DNA of 63,429 bases, the filler included, from Octopus bimaculoides (taxonomy: Eukaryota): assembly GCF_001194135.2 (NCBI RefSeq). It is 5 parts of 5 records of this genome, joined end to end, with 100 filler letters (N's around TTAATTAATTAA, not from the genome) between each part and the next. Parts side by side here need not be neighbours in the genome. Positions count along the whole stretch, not along the records: positions 25,318 to 41,673 come from NC_068998.1; positions 41,774 to 60,152 come from NC_068987.1; 3 more parts are not named here. One strand, written 5' to 3'. The first letter of the stretch is position 1, and every line of letters starts with the position of its first letter. The position numbers and the translations under genes were made by a program. The notes beneath the pieces were generated by a model, which was given only the letters and a program-made list of their open reading frames with translations, was not told where the DNA came from and made no database searches. Shown here in pieces: positions 38,720 through 51,829 of this stretch.

Positions 38720-38853
38720 TGTATATATATACATGTGCACCAATACGTAATGGGTATAAAAACGCATGTGTGTATGCATGTGTATATATATATATATGTA
38801 TGTATATGTATATATATGTATATATATATATATGTATATATATATATGCATAT

Positions 38854-38885
<32 letters not shown>

Positions 38886-38962
38886 ATATATGTGTGCGTG
38901 TACGTAGATATACATGTACACCAATACGTAATGATAATGAAAACGCATGTATGTTTATATAT

Positions 38963-38993
<31 letters not shown>

Positions 38994-39558
38994 CGTATAT
39001 CTGCGTCTTCTCATATGTGTGTATACATGTTTGTATACACATGTATGTATGTATGTATGTACGTACGTAAGAATGGGGGATGTTTGAAATGCAAATATAT
39101 GATTGTACATTTTATGGTCGGATTTGTTCCGATCTGTGAAGTGATTTATTTTTTCCTTGTACATTTTTACATTTCTTGGCACGTGTCTTTACTACTCTGA
39201 AAAACAAAATGTTTGACATAAACCATGTATCATGACGTCCAAGCACTACCAAACCCATTTCAAATAAATAAATAAATAACAAAATTGGCCACCGAATTTT
39301 TTTTGTTTTTTTTCTTCTGTATGCGATGTTGGATTAGCTTTTATACTTATTGCGGATATGCAAATACCATTGTTGGCATCGCATTCGTCGTCGTCCTCGT
39401 CCAAGTAGTAGTAGTAGTAGTAGTAGTAGTCGTAGTCGTAGTAGTAGTGGTGGTGGTGGTGGTGCAAGCATGGACACAAACACAATCACATACACATATG
39501 GTGCTCCAGCAAGTCAGCAGTCAAAATAGCTGAAACAGGTAAAAATGTGAAAGAACGT

Positions 39559-39716
39559 GTATGAGATGGGCTTCTTTCAGTTTCTGCCTATCAAATTTGC
39601 TCACAAGGCCTTTGTCGGCACTGGGCTATAAGTAAAACACAATTCACGAAGGTACCATGGAGTGGTATTGAACTCAATACCATGCGGTTTGAAACCAAAT
39701 GTCTTTCCTCCCAGCC
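39559..39716 (-). mobile_element. SINE family B head, degenerate
   Basis: gggcttctttcagtttc..caaat..ctcacaaggc..ttgaactc..accatgcggtt matches 56970-57140. Confidence 0.65.
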
Positions 39717-39720
39717 AAGA

Positions 39721-39842
39721 ATCCCGAAAGGATAAAAGGCAAAGTCGATCTTGGCGGAATTTGAACTCAAAACGTAGCCACTAACGAAATAGCGCTAAAC
39801 ATTTCGCCCGGCGTGCTAGCGATTCTGCCAGCTCGCTGCCTT
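39721..39842 (-). mobile_element. SINE family A, 5' part
   Basis: ggcggaatttgaactc..catttcgcccggcgtgctagcgattctgccagctcgctgcctt. Confidence 0.85.
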
Positions 39843-40122
39843 GCATGGACAACTAATAATAGTATTATATAGCCGTACACTTTCCAATGTTCCTGCTAGA
39901 TGGTCGTAATTTTCTGATTAGCAGGCGTGACCTAATTCAATGATTGATAATTAATAAGTAGTCGAAGCACTTAGCTCATTAAAGGTTAATTAGAGTAGAT
40001 GCGAAAAAAAACAGCATTTTACAATAAGGAATTTTGGAGAATATTGTTGCTACGTTCGTTCCCACGGTATGATATTAACTACATGTCTATTATGAACACA
40101 CACGGACAAGAGATAACTGCAC

Positions 40123-40188
<66 letters not shown>

Positions 40189-40279
40189 TGACAGAGAAAT
40201 ACGCAGACGTAGACAAATTTACATTGATAAACAGACAGACAGACAAACATAAATAAATAGATAGGAAGACAAATAGGTG

Positions 40280-40325
<46 letters not shown>

Positions 40326-40800
40326 ATGGAGAGAATGACAGACAGATAAATTGATTGATTGATTCAGTGATAGGATTTCATAGATGGAGTGAGAGAGAGA
40401 GGGGGAGGTAGAAGGATGGAGAGACATTGTAATTAGCTGGATAGAGAAAGAAATAGGTAGAACCAGTGTGTGTGTGTGTGACAGATAGAGAGAGTTTGAG
40501 ATAAAGAGAGAGTGAAAGAGAGAAAGCCAGCCGGACATTTAGTTTGATAGATAGGACGATAAATCAAAATTGGAATGTCCCTGTCATCGGTAGCTAGATA
40601 GATAGATAAATAGATAGATAGATAGAGAGATAGAGAGATAGATAGAGAGAGAGATAGAGAGAGATAGATAGAGAGAGATAGATAGAGAGAGAGCGAGAGA
40701 GAGAGAGAGAGAGAGAAAACATAGATAGAAAGAAAGAATATCTGGCTAGCTTGATAGCTAGCTAGCCACTCATAGGAGCATAAGCACTGGAATTCTGGGT

Positions 40801-40950
40801 AAGTAGGGCAGAATCGTTAATACACAGGGCGAAATGCTATGCGGTATTTCGTACGGAGTTCAAATTCCGCCGAGATCGACTTAGCCGTCCTCGTTCCAGG
40901 GTCGATAAAATAAGTACCAATTAAGCAGTGAGACCCATGTAATCGGTTTT
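40801..40950 (+). mobile_element. SINE family A, degenerate
   Basis: ggcagaatcgtta..gggcgaaatgct..gagttcaaattccgccgagatcgac. Confidence 0.75.
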
Positions 40951-41398
40951 ACTATGAGTATGAAAAAACATATCTACTCACAATCTACCAGGCCATGTCG
41001 AGCCAGTGAGACAGAGTAGGCTCATCAAACCAGCATGATCTAAAGCTCAGCTCCATGGGCTTCACATCCGACCATGTTTGGCGGATAGAACATGCTAAGG
41101 GCCTTCTTACACGCTTCTCCTACATGGACAATATCGTAACTCCTATTAGCAAATGAAACACATGTAATGGTGAATAAGTAATCACGAACATGTTTTCCAA
41201 TTTCCTGTTCTCATATGTTATTACACTCCCAAATCTATTTTACAGTATTTTGCAACTCTTATCCATGCCTCACATGGTTATAACATGTACATATAATCTT
41301 GGAGAAGCGAAATATGCAGATGTGCCTCCCGAGGACAACGCTTGCATCATTGCCCTATATGTCTATCCATCTATTTCTCTATCTGTCTATCTACCTAC

Positions 41399-41466
<68 letters not shown>

Positions 41467-41469
41467 AAG

Positions 41470-41673
41470 GAGGAGACACAAAAACTCTCAAACGGTAAGT
41501 GACTCTCTTTATAAAACTTTAACACTCAAATCAAAATGATGCTCAAGATTGGTTGTGTAAATGCGCGTGGCTTGGGGTCCCCTTGGAAACAAGGGTACCT
41601 CCTAAATGACATAAAGTCACATAAACTAGAAATCATAGCCATAAGCGAGACCAGACTCCATGATCCGCGGGCC
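41470..41673 (+). mobile_element. L1/Tx1-type LINE, ORF1-ORF2 junction and start of the AP endonuclease
   Basis: MMLKIGCVNARGLGSPWKQGYLLNDIKSHKLEIIAISET (APE motifs N-RGL and ISET); cut off by the spacer. Confidence 0.85.
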
Positions 41674-41773
41674 NNNNNNNNNNNNNNNNNNNNNNNNNNN
41701 NNNNNNNNNNNNNNNNNTTAATTAATTAANNNNNNNNNNNNNNNNNNNNNNNNNNNNNNNNNNNNNNNNNNNN
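41674..41773. other. Artificial 100-bp scaffold spacer
   Basis: 44 N + TTAATTAATTAA + 44 N. Confidence 0.95.
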
Positions 41774-41892
41774 GTTGTTAGATGACACTAGGGAGTCGCC
41801 CGAGGGAAGAGCATATGGTAATTTCAGACTTTCCTCTTTTTCAAAGTGGATCAAATCAAACTTATCTTCATTAAAAGCAAATTGTTTTTTTT

Positions 41893-42328
41893 TTTTCGCC
41901 AAGATCTGACTGAAGGCATGTTCGGTCTTCTATGCCGTTTATGGTTTTCTGGAGTTTGGAATCATCTGCAGAGATTTTCAATGTAGAATTTTGATAACAT
42001 CTACTATGTCGTTGATGTAAATAATGAAGAGGAGTGGGCCCAACACAGTATCTTGTAGGACACCACTACTGACTTTCGCTGAGCTGGATCGTATTCCCTC
42101 AAAAACATGTTGGGTTCTGTTCGTCAGGAAACACTTTATCCACTGCAGCAGCTATCCACGGATTCCAATGTTGGAGTCAGCAGGATTTTGTGGTCCACTC
42201 TGTCAAATGCTTTGCTGAAATCAAGGTATATGACGTCAGTGTTGGAGCCCTCTCCTAACGCTTTTAAGATGTCATCAAAATGGTACAGAAGCTGCAGCAG
42301 GCAGCCCCTGCCATCACGGAAACCATGG
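41893..42328 (-). mobile_element. CR1-type LINE reverse transcriptase fragment (decayed)
   Basis: GFRDGRGCLLQLL..DVIYLDFSKAFDRVDHKIL..WIKCFLTNRTQ..SGVLQDTVLGPLLFIIYIND..SADDSKL. Confidence 0.88.
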
Positions 42329-42488
42329 GTATGTAAATATGTACATGTGTGTGTGTGTATTTACATATGTACCAATACAACCACACACACTCACACACAC
42401 AAACACATATATAATTGTTTATCATTATATAAACACATATCATTAATGTACATCTGAACATATTTTATGTGCATGTGTGTGTATGTGT

Positions 42489-42545
<57 letters not shown>

Positions 42546-42711
42546 TGCGTGCGTTCGTGTTTCCATGAGTTTATGTGTATCTGTGCATATATATGTGTGG
42601 TTATGTATATTTAAAAGTTGAACATCGCCTTTGATATTTGATATAATAAAGGATATCTTCCTCTCCAGACACAGACCTTATCTAAATGGAGGGAAGCCAT
42701 ATGTTACTGAT

Positions 42712-42787
<76 letters not shown>

Positions 42788-42815
42788 AGAGAGAGGGGAG
42801 AGATAGTGAAAGAGG

Positions 42816-42866
<51 letters not shown>

Positions 42867-43047
42867 ACAGTGAGAGACAGAGACAAAGGCAGACAGACTG
42901 ACAGATAGNNNNNNNNNNNNNNNNNNNNNNNNNNNNNNNNNNNNNNNNNNNNNNNNNNNNNNNNNNNNNNNNNNNNNNNNNNNNNNNNNNNNNNNNNNNN
43001 NNNNNNNNNNNNNNNNNNNNNNNNNNNNNNNNNNNNNNNNNNNNNNN

Positions 43048-43107
<60 letters not shown>

Positions 43108-43897
43108 ACAAACAGCGATGGAGACTGAGGGGGAGAGAGAGAGCAAGACAGACAGACGGAGAGCAAGACAGGCAGACGGAGAGAAAAACAGGCAGACAAC
43201 CAGACAGACAGACAGATAGATAGACTACGTATATGTATGTATCTCCACATATGCATGTATTTAAATGTGTCGACATGTGTGTGCATGTGTATGTATGTGC
43301 GTTTGCATGTGTGCATACATGTATATGTGTGTTTGGCTGCGTATATATTTTTACGTCTGTGTATCTTTGTGTTTGTGCACTTGAATGTATGTGTGCATAT
43401 GTGTATCTATATGTATACTTATGCGTACATATGCTTACGCTTTGGCGTCATTGTGCACATTTGAGTATATATATGTTTAGATGTACGTTTATATGTGGGT
43501 ATGTACATATATATGTGTATAAACATGCGATTGAAAGAAGAGATACATTTATGTCACATTAACACAATAACTGTACTTGTGTGCGTGAATGTGCGTGTTT
43601 ATGAATGTGTTTATGTATTTGTGCATATGTGGTTGTGAATGTGTGCGTATGTGATTTCATGACTATATGTGTGTTTATTTCCATAAGTGGATGTGTGTGG
43701 GCGTATTAGCCAAGTGTTGTGTGGCATAGGATAGCTCACGAACCTATTTCCATCTGACATATTATGCCAAGATTCAGACAGACTTAAAACAAACTTGTCT
43801 GTGTACTGGTCAATGGCTGCTTAAAGATTAACTTAGAGAAACTAAGAGAGGTCACACAACAGCAATTTAGTTCTCTTGGTAATATTCTAGAATCTTT

Positions 43898-44118
43898 AAA
43901 GCGGTGAGCTGGCAGAATCGTTAGCACGCCGGGCAAAACGCTTAGCGGCATTTCGTCAGTCTTTATATTCTGAGTTCAAATTCCGCTGAGGTCAACTTTG
44001 CTCTTCATCCTTTCGGGGTCTATAAATTATGTTCCAGCTGAGCATTGGGGCTGGATGTAATCGACTCAGCCTCTTTCCCGAAATTATTGGCGTTGTACTA
44101 AAGTTTGAAGGCAATATT
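43898..44118 (+). mobile_element. SINE family A, full copy
   Basis: aaagcggtgagctggcagaatcgttagcacgccggg..gagttcaaattccgc. Confidence 0.9.
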
Positions 44119-45049
44119 TTAGAATTCTGTCAAAACAGTCGAGATTCGATCATTCAATAGAAAGTCTGTATTGGTTGTGCTTACAGTTCATTATTGATAG
44201 ATTTTATTCTTTGCAACCGTTAACGAAGGTGGGAAAGACAAACGAGTAGTTTAAGATCCCATTCACATAAAAACGATGAAATGCTTATCATGCAAATAAC
44301 CCCAACTTGTTTGCGGTGGCAGCCATGAGTTTGAAAATGGCAGCTTGATAGCAGACGAGCGATCGACGTCTGAAAACTACCCGTTGCTCCATTTATTTTT
44401 CATTAAGCTATGTGTAATATGAATAACAATCACTAAAAAGAAAATAAATCTGATGATACATTGTCTCATGGCAAGTAGCAGAATTCTTCTTAAACATAAA
44501 ATAAAATCGTAAAAGTTGGAGCTGAAGTTATATTTACTTCATTTACATAAAACATCATTGACATTAATCGAAGTTAACAGATTTACTCCTCACTGCAGTT
44601 CATATTTTAATTCATTTAGATTAATTAATTAAAAGTTCGTGATTATTTCCCCTGCCTTTTTGGTTAGAAAAACTCATTTAGATAATGAATGTTCTCCTCA
44701 TTAAGGGTGTAATTATAATTATTTAAAACATCTTGGTTTGTTGCATCAATTATGCTAGCACCCAGCTCACCGTTTTAATTCATGTGATTGTAACAATTAA
44801 GGTAAAAGTGGCTATTTAACACTCGGTCAATCTCGATTGAACAAACTGTCAATCAAAGATGTTACAGCCATTAGTAACCATTATTTTTACAACATCATCG
44901 AAATCCGCCCTTCTTTTTAAGACATTAGAGTGTGATTTGAATGTTATTTCTTTCAAATTTACCTTGAAATGTTTGGTAGAATTTGCAGATAATAGCACGT
45001 ATTATATTACAGGGATCACGATGCGAACGCTTTTACCTCGATCCCTGCA

Positions 45050-45500
45050 TGCCCTGTCTGGAAAAGATCAATCCACGCAATGAAGCTTGAACCAGAATTG
45101 AAAAACACCGACTGTCTGATCACAAGTTGCATGAAAGTCACCAACATAAACAACCAGCAACTCCTTGCTGGCATTGCCTCTACTGATATCAGATAAGGAG
45201 TGGCCAGTTGAGTCGAGATGACAAAAGTTATAAGTGATGAGCGCCACCTCCTCCTTGAACGTTAAACTCCTGCCCAATAACTGAAGTCAATAGGCTTCCT
45301 TAACCATGTCCTGTCTCTGACAACATCTCAGAAGAGATCAGACTTGGGATCTGGATGGAAAATTTTAAACCGACTCTTTTTCCATTGAATCCACCAAACA
45401 CTACTAAAGGCCTCCCCACTGGCTTAGAAGCACTATAAGTTCAGTGGAAGCACCATAAGTTCTCAACCGACCGAAAATGAGACCGTAAGGATCAAAAGTT
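45050..45500 (-). pseudogene. Possible decayed L1/Tx1-type endonuclease remnant
   Basis: SKELLVVYVGDFHATCD resembles the APE GDFNA motif; frames broken. Confidence 0.35.
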
Positions 45501-45549
45501 GCTTTGGTCAGTGAGGAACGACAAGACTGGCCAAGCCACCTGTGAATGT

Positions 45550-45793
45550 AGAGACAGCCTCAAGATAGACGCCCTTGCCATTGACAACCTTAAATTAGAC
45601 ACCCGTAACGCTGATACACTTATAATAAGTGTCCAATAACGTAGATACTCTTGACGCAGACACTTTTAAAGTAGACACGCTAAACGTTGACAACTTTAAG
45701 ATATACATTATTAATATACAGTAGATATCCATAACAAAGACACCTTTAAACATATACCCTCAACGTAGACACCTTTAAGATAGACACCTTAAC
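45550..45793 (+). repeat. Degenerate 15-bp tandem repeat with a pentapeptide-coding signature
   Basis: About 16 units reading [VIA]D[TN][LF][KN]; variation concentrated at third codon positions. Confidence 0.8.
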
Positions 45794-46700
45794 ACAATTC
45801 TCAGGTCGAATTAGCATGACAAGGCTGGGTCTAGGGGAAGAAAAAAGAAAAAGAGTGTGGGAGGGAGAGACAGAAAGAGAGAGAAGGAAGAAAAGAAGAA
45901 TGAGAGGAGTAGAGAGAGGAAGAAAAGAGAGGGAGAGACAAAAAGAGAAAAATCGGCCACAGTATGAGACTGGTACTGTATTAATCAACCCAGAAAGAAA
46001 GGTAAGGTTGACTTCAGCATTGATTTAAGCACAGAGCACAGTTAGAACGTATGCCAGGGCAAGGGATTCTACCCGATGCTTCTATAGACATTTATTATGG
46101 GATGCCGTGATTATCTATGTTTGTGTGTGTGTGCAGAATGGGACGTGAGCGATTGTATATGTATAAGTTTGTGTATGGGATTGTTTAAAGAAGTGTAAAA
46201 TATTTACAATGTATGTATAGAGGTAGACCAGCCCTAACTGTAGAATTTTGTTCCAGATAAAATTCTCTTTAGAGACTTTCTTTTTGAAAAAAAAAAAGAA
46301 GCTAGCTTGATTTCCCCTCATCACTGAGGAGGTGAACCTAAGCCAAAACACCAGCGTTGTACCGCTATTCAACACAAGTTGTGTTTTTAGCATCCAGTCA
46401 CTAAAGAGAGGTTTCTCTGGNNNNNNNNNNNNNNNNNNNNNNNNNNNNNNNNNNNNNNNNNNNNNNNNNNNNNNNNNNNNNNNNNNNNNNNNNNNNNNNN
46501 NNNNNNNNNNNNNNNNNNNNNNNNNNNNNNNNNNNNNNNNNNNNNNNNNNNNNNNNNNNNNNNNNNNNNNNNNNNNNNNNNNNNNNNNNNNNNNNNNNNN
46601 NNNNNNNNNNNNNNNNNNNNNNNNNNNNNNNNNNNNNNNNNNNNNNNNNNNNNNNNNNNNNNNNNNNNNNNNNNNNNNNNNNNNNNNNNNNNNNNNNNNN

Positions 46701-46739
<39 letters not shown>

Positions 46740-47679
46740 TGTAACTGCGATATATATATATACTGCAACTGCGATTTGAGTACTTTTCCTCTGTTCCTTA
46801 CCAAAATGTGTATTTTGTGTGTGTTTGTATGTGTGCGAGTGTGTATGTGTGTGCGTGTATGTGCATGCGCGCGCGTATGTGGTTGTGTGTGTATGTATGT
46901 ATACATTGTATACATGTATGAAAACATACATAGATGCAGACATACATGCACGCATACTTACAGGCAAGACGCAAATACGTACTTTCATACATACATACAT
47001 ACATACATACATACATACATGCATGCATTCATGCATGTATTCTTATTATAAAACAACTCGCTGAGTGACAAAAAGCCTATAGTTATTGGATTCTCAAGTC
47101 CCCCATTTTTTACCAACCTTAAAATTACAATATCTTAACACCATCTGCTAAATCTCTGTTTTCTGCATTCAGAAAACCAATTCCGACTCTATTTGCTCTA
47201 ACACAGACATTTTTTCACACCTTATATTTATTTATTTAATTATTTATTTATTTAATTTATCGCATAACTTACTGAACGTAAGGTAAACTCATGAACAATT
47301 CTTCATAAGAAATTATGGTGTATACATTATAGGTATCATTTCTTGTTTGATTTTTTTCAATTTTATTTTATTTATAATAATTGGTGATATATTAATGTTG
47401 GTTGTTTTGTTGGTTCCTCCCCCAGTCTTCTTTACTTTATATCTACAGAGAGAGAGAGATGGAGAGAGAGAGAGATGGAGAGAGAGAGAGATGGAGAGAG
47501 AGAGAGATGGAGAGAGAGAGAGAGAGAGTAAAACAGTGTGACAAGTTTAAATACATACATNNNNNNNNNNGAGAGAGAGTAAAACAGTGTGACAAGTTTA
47601 AATACATACATGCATGCATACATACATACATACATACATACATACATACATACATACATACATACATACATACATACAT

Positions 47680-50600
47680 GGTTGTCTACTCCTTACGCAA
47701 AGTTTGATCACTTCCGGTACCTATACCTTAGAAACATCATGGTATTTGATGTGGCTTTTTTAACCAGAAAATGTTCTGAAACGACGCTCACATAGATTGC
47801 ACAACCGATTTGGACCACCAAGAGCTGCAGATAAGTTCTAATCTTTGTGGATCATAAAATGTCTTTTGAGGCCTCCGTTAGATTTGCCAACCATCTGGCA
47901 TACACTGCATTCAAAGGTGTTCACAGACACAGGCGAATAGTTGGTGAAGGTTCGTTTTCCATGGGTTCGTAAATGAAATTTGAGCCCAGCAAAAGAGATG
48001 CATGGTCTGTCACAAACTGTGCATACAAAATGGTCGTTGTCATTCACCTTCTCGATCGTAACAGTCTTCCTTAGATCTCTTTTGAGTCTTACATGCGTTA
48101 TCCTGGCCTCTTCAAACGCTTTCCCTCCACTCCACACTTTTGATCGCCATCCAGCTCGATCCGAAGCAACAGTTTCTATGTCTTCTGGATCTTTATGCCA
48201 TCCTTAAACTTTTTTTTAGGTTTACGCCGATAGCGTTTCCCCTCTGCTAGCTCACCATAAAACAGCTGTTTCGGCGTGCGTTCATCCGCCATTCGAACAA
48301 TATGGCCACACCATCGCATTTTGTTCCTCAAAATCATAGCTTTAATTGAGGTGATGTCTGCAGATGCAAGGACATCTGTGTTTGGAATAAAAGAGCTCCA
48401 TTTAATGTTTAAAATGCGATGAAGGCATTTTTGGTGGAATTGTTCTAATAATTTTAAATGTCTTTCATAACAAGTTCATGTTTTACAAGAATACAACAGG
48501 GATGATAAGACAAATGATTTGTAAAGAGCCAGCTTTGTATTCTTATTTATATGTCGCTGGCACCAAACGCGTGACTCCAAACCACCAAATGTTTTTGCTG
48601 ACCTTTGAATTCGCAGATGTATTTCTGTATTAAGATTTCCATCATTTTATACAGAGCTTCCAAGGTAGATGAGCGAATCGGCAGCCTCAAGTAACTTACC
48701 CTTAAAAAAAATTTTAGTGGGGTTACAAACAGCACCACACATAGATTGATGCATTACGACTGTTTTTTTTTTCAAGTTGATGGTCAATTCCAAATCGTCA
48801 CAAGCTAAGTCAAATGCAAATACAAGAGATTGCAGACCTGTTTCGGAATGACTGACAAGATCGCAATCGTCAGCGTTCAAAAGTTCCCTAATCAGTGAAG
48901 TAAAAACCTTCGTTTTAAATTTCAGTCTGGTCAGATTAAAAAATATTCCCTGTTGTTCGATATTTTATGTAAATACCCTCCTCAGAGTTTTGAAAAGCAT
49001 GTGATAACACAACAGCAAATTATATTGCAAAGAGGGTGGGTGCATCAAGGTCTCCTTACTTTACTCTATTTTCCACGACAAAAGATTCAGAGAGCTTACC
49101 GCCAAAATTAACTCTAGCTCTCATATCTTGATGCAAAGCCCTGATCATGCTTGCAAATTTTTCTAGGCAACCTATTTTCCTTAGAATTAACTACAGAGCA
49201 TTTTCGAATGCTTTGCTAAAATCAACAGAGCAATGGTATACAACAAGGTTCTGTTCAATGCACTTTTCTTGTAAGTGTCTGATAGTAAAGATACAATCAG
49301 CTGTGCCCCTGGAGGGACGAAAACCACACTGAGACTCAGACACTATATTTGGAACTATGAAGGTATTTAAAAGTTCTAACAAAATGCGGGAAAGTACGTT
49401 TCCAACCACAGACAAAAGCGAAATCCAACGAAAATTACCACACGGATCCTTTGGTCCCGATTTATACAAGGAGACTAAAATGGTATCAATCCAATCTTGA
49501 GGCACTTTCTCAGTTCTGCAACAGTGACAAATTAATGTATTTAAGAATTCAAACATTTTGTCACTCCTCCCTATTTCAAGACTTCTGCACATATTCCATC
49601 AGACCCTGGAGACTTATCGTTATTCAGCTTCTTCACAACTAAATAAATGTCATTTAGAGTTAGTTCAAATGCCATCTCTTCTATAACTAGAAGGTGTTCG
49701 ATTTTTTTCTCTCGTCCTCATGTCAGCGGATGATGGTCTATTCAAAGGTGCAGAAAAATGTTCTACTCATCGCTTACGAATAGAAGTGGTGTCAGTTAGA
49801 AGCAGATGTCCATTTGCTGTTCTAATTGGAGCTATTGAAGAAGATTTTGGAGCCATATACCTCCTTGACATAAGAGTAAAAACCCTTGGCATCATTTCTA
49901 TCAGCTGCTTCTTGTGCTCCTTTTGCTCTATCATTCCACCATTCCTGTTTAATTTTCCTTAGAGCAGTCTGCACTTTCCTTTTCATCTTTATGTAAGCTT
50001 CGTTTGAGTTGGGGGTTCAAGGACTGAGAAAGAAGTGTATTGCCTAAGTTTTGTTTTTCTAAAAGTAGATCATGAATTTCTGCTGATCTATCTCAGAACC
50101 AGTCACTGAACTTACGTGATTTAAATCCTACTGACGAACTTGCAGCCTGAAATACTTTTGTTTTGAAATCTTCCCATAAATTGTTTGGGTCAAGATTGAT
50201 ACTTTCTATAGCATCGTGGGATCTTTGCAAGTTGCTTGGTAATTTGAAGTTTGCAACATTTAACTTTTTGGGGATCTCAGGACCAGACTGTCGATTTTTA
50301 GGCATTATCGAAAAATCTATTTTTCCACTCACTAGACGATGGTCAGTCCAGCTCTCTGCTCCTCTCATGGCCCGAACGCTAGAAACGTCTTTCGTATCAC
50401 GTTTTCTGATCAGAATATAATCTATGAGATGCCAGTGATTAGATCTTAGGTGCATCCAGGTGGTCTTGTATTTATTTTTCTGCTTAAACAGAGTGTTGGT
50501 GACAACCAGATTATTCTCAGAACAAAACGTCAAAAGAGCTACTCCATTTTTATTACATTTCTAATCCCATGTCGACCTAAAACAGGCCATGGAACGAAGT

Positions 50601-51510
50601 CCTTTCCAAGTCTTGCACTGAAATCTCCTAATATGACCAGCTTGTCAGAAATTGGTACTTTCCTCAATAATTGTGCTAGATCATCATAAAACTGTCCTAC
50701 AGTTTCATCAGAATGGGATATTGTTGGTGCATAAATACTGACAACGGTAAGAAACCTACCTTTTGTCAGTTTAATACGGCATGACATGGTCCGTTCAGAT
50801 ATACTACTTGGAAGCTCTGCAATGGAGGATACTAATGTATTCTTGAGAGCAAACCCAACACCAGATTCTCTACGCTGACCCTTAGGTAGGCCTCTCCAAA
50901 AGATAGTATATCCATAAGTAGGTTCGTTTACTTGGCCCTCATCAGAGATACAAGTTTCAGAGAGCGCAACTATATGAAGGGAATATTTCTTAAGCTCATG
51001 TGCAATAAGTGCAATACGCCTTTCTGGCCTCTTGTTGAAATTATCATCAAGAAGTGTGCGCACATTCCAACAGCCAAAATTCAAAGGATGTTTATTTTTA
51101 TTTTTTCTTGAAGATTGTTTGACCACAGTGGCAGGATGATGACCGGGTCCATCCTGTAATACACTGGGGCACCTGCCGAGCCAGACCTGTTCCCTTGACG
51201 TTCTCAAGCTTTTTTTGCCATTTACTGAGTCTGTTTGAGACATTTTAGAGTAAGTTACAAGTGCATCTTTAGGTTTCTGCCAACCAACCAATTCAATGAT
51301 TTTACTAAGATTTGGTGTACAGAAAGTACCTGTGCAAATGAATAATGTTTCAGTGGGTGTAGCATGCACTGCATTACCTTGGCCCAAGAAGACTTTCGCC
51401 AGTGTGACATGAAAATTGACAAAACCAAGAACTTTCAAGGCCTCAGGTTTTATTTCGGAGATTTCCTTCTCCTAGGTAGATTACTAACTAAGGTTAAAGA
51501 GCTTCTACCT
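47680..51510 (-). mobile_element. Near full-length RTE/BovB-like LINE (APE, RT, three C2H2 fingers), decayed
   Basis: FGCWNVRTL..VALSET..SGVGF..SIYAPT..ILGDFSAR (APE); ESQCGFRPSRGTAD..VDFSKAF..LNADD (RT); MRWCGHIVRM; three CX2CX12HX3H; (ATGT)n tail. Confidence 0.93.
51445..51510 (-). ncRNA. Candidate HDV-like ribozyme at the RTE 5' end
   Basis: P1 AGGTAGA/TCTACCT (7 bp), then AGG, hairpin AGA(AGGAAA)TCT, C-CGAA, ATAAAACC; P2 and P3 imperfect. Confidence 0.4.
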
Positions 51511-51722
51511 GCCCATGAGGTAAGCTATCCCATTCCAGACATCAAACCGACACTCAAACATTCTATAAAGTGAGCGATTGAGTAGCTTGTACGTACATAA
51601 AGAAAAGAAATGTACGATATGTGATTTGCAAATGTAAATAAGAATTAAATATAAATAATATATATAAATATAAAAAAGTAAAAGATATGCAATTGAAAAA
51701 TATAAAGTAAAATTTAAATATA

Positions 51723-51759
<37 letters not shown>

Positions 51760-51829
51760 TAAAAATATACATATAAATATACATAAAAGATATATATATA
51801 TATATTTACAGATTTTTGTTGGATGGTCG

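Noticed and set aside
40968-41160. Harbinger-like text YLLTIY..LKLSSM..RIEHAKGLLTRF
   Set aside because: Only a loose motif match, with an insertion and an internal stop; needs an HMM search against DDE_Tnp_4.
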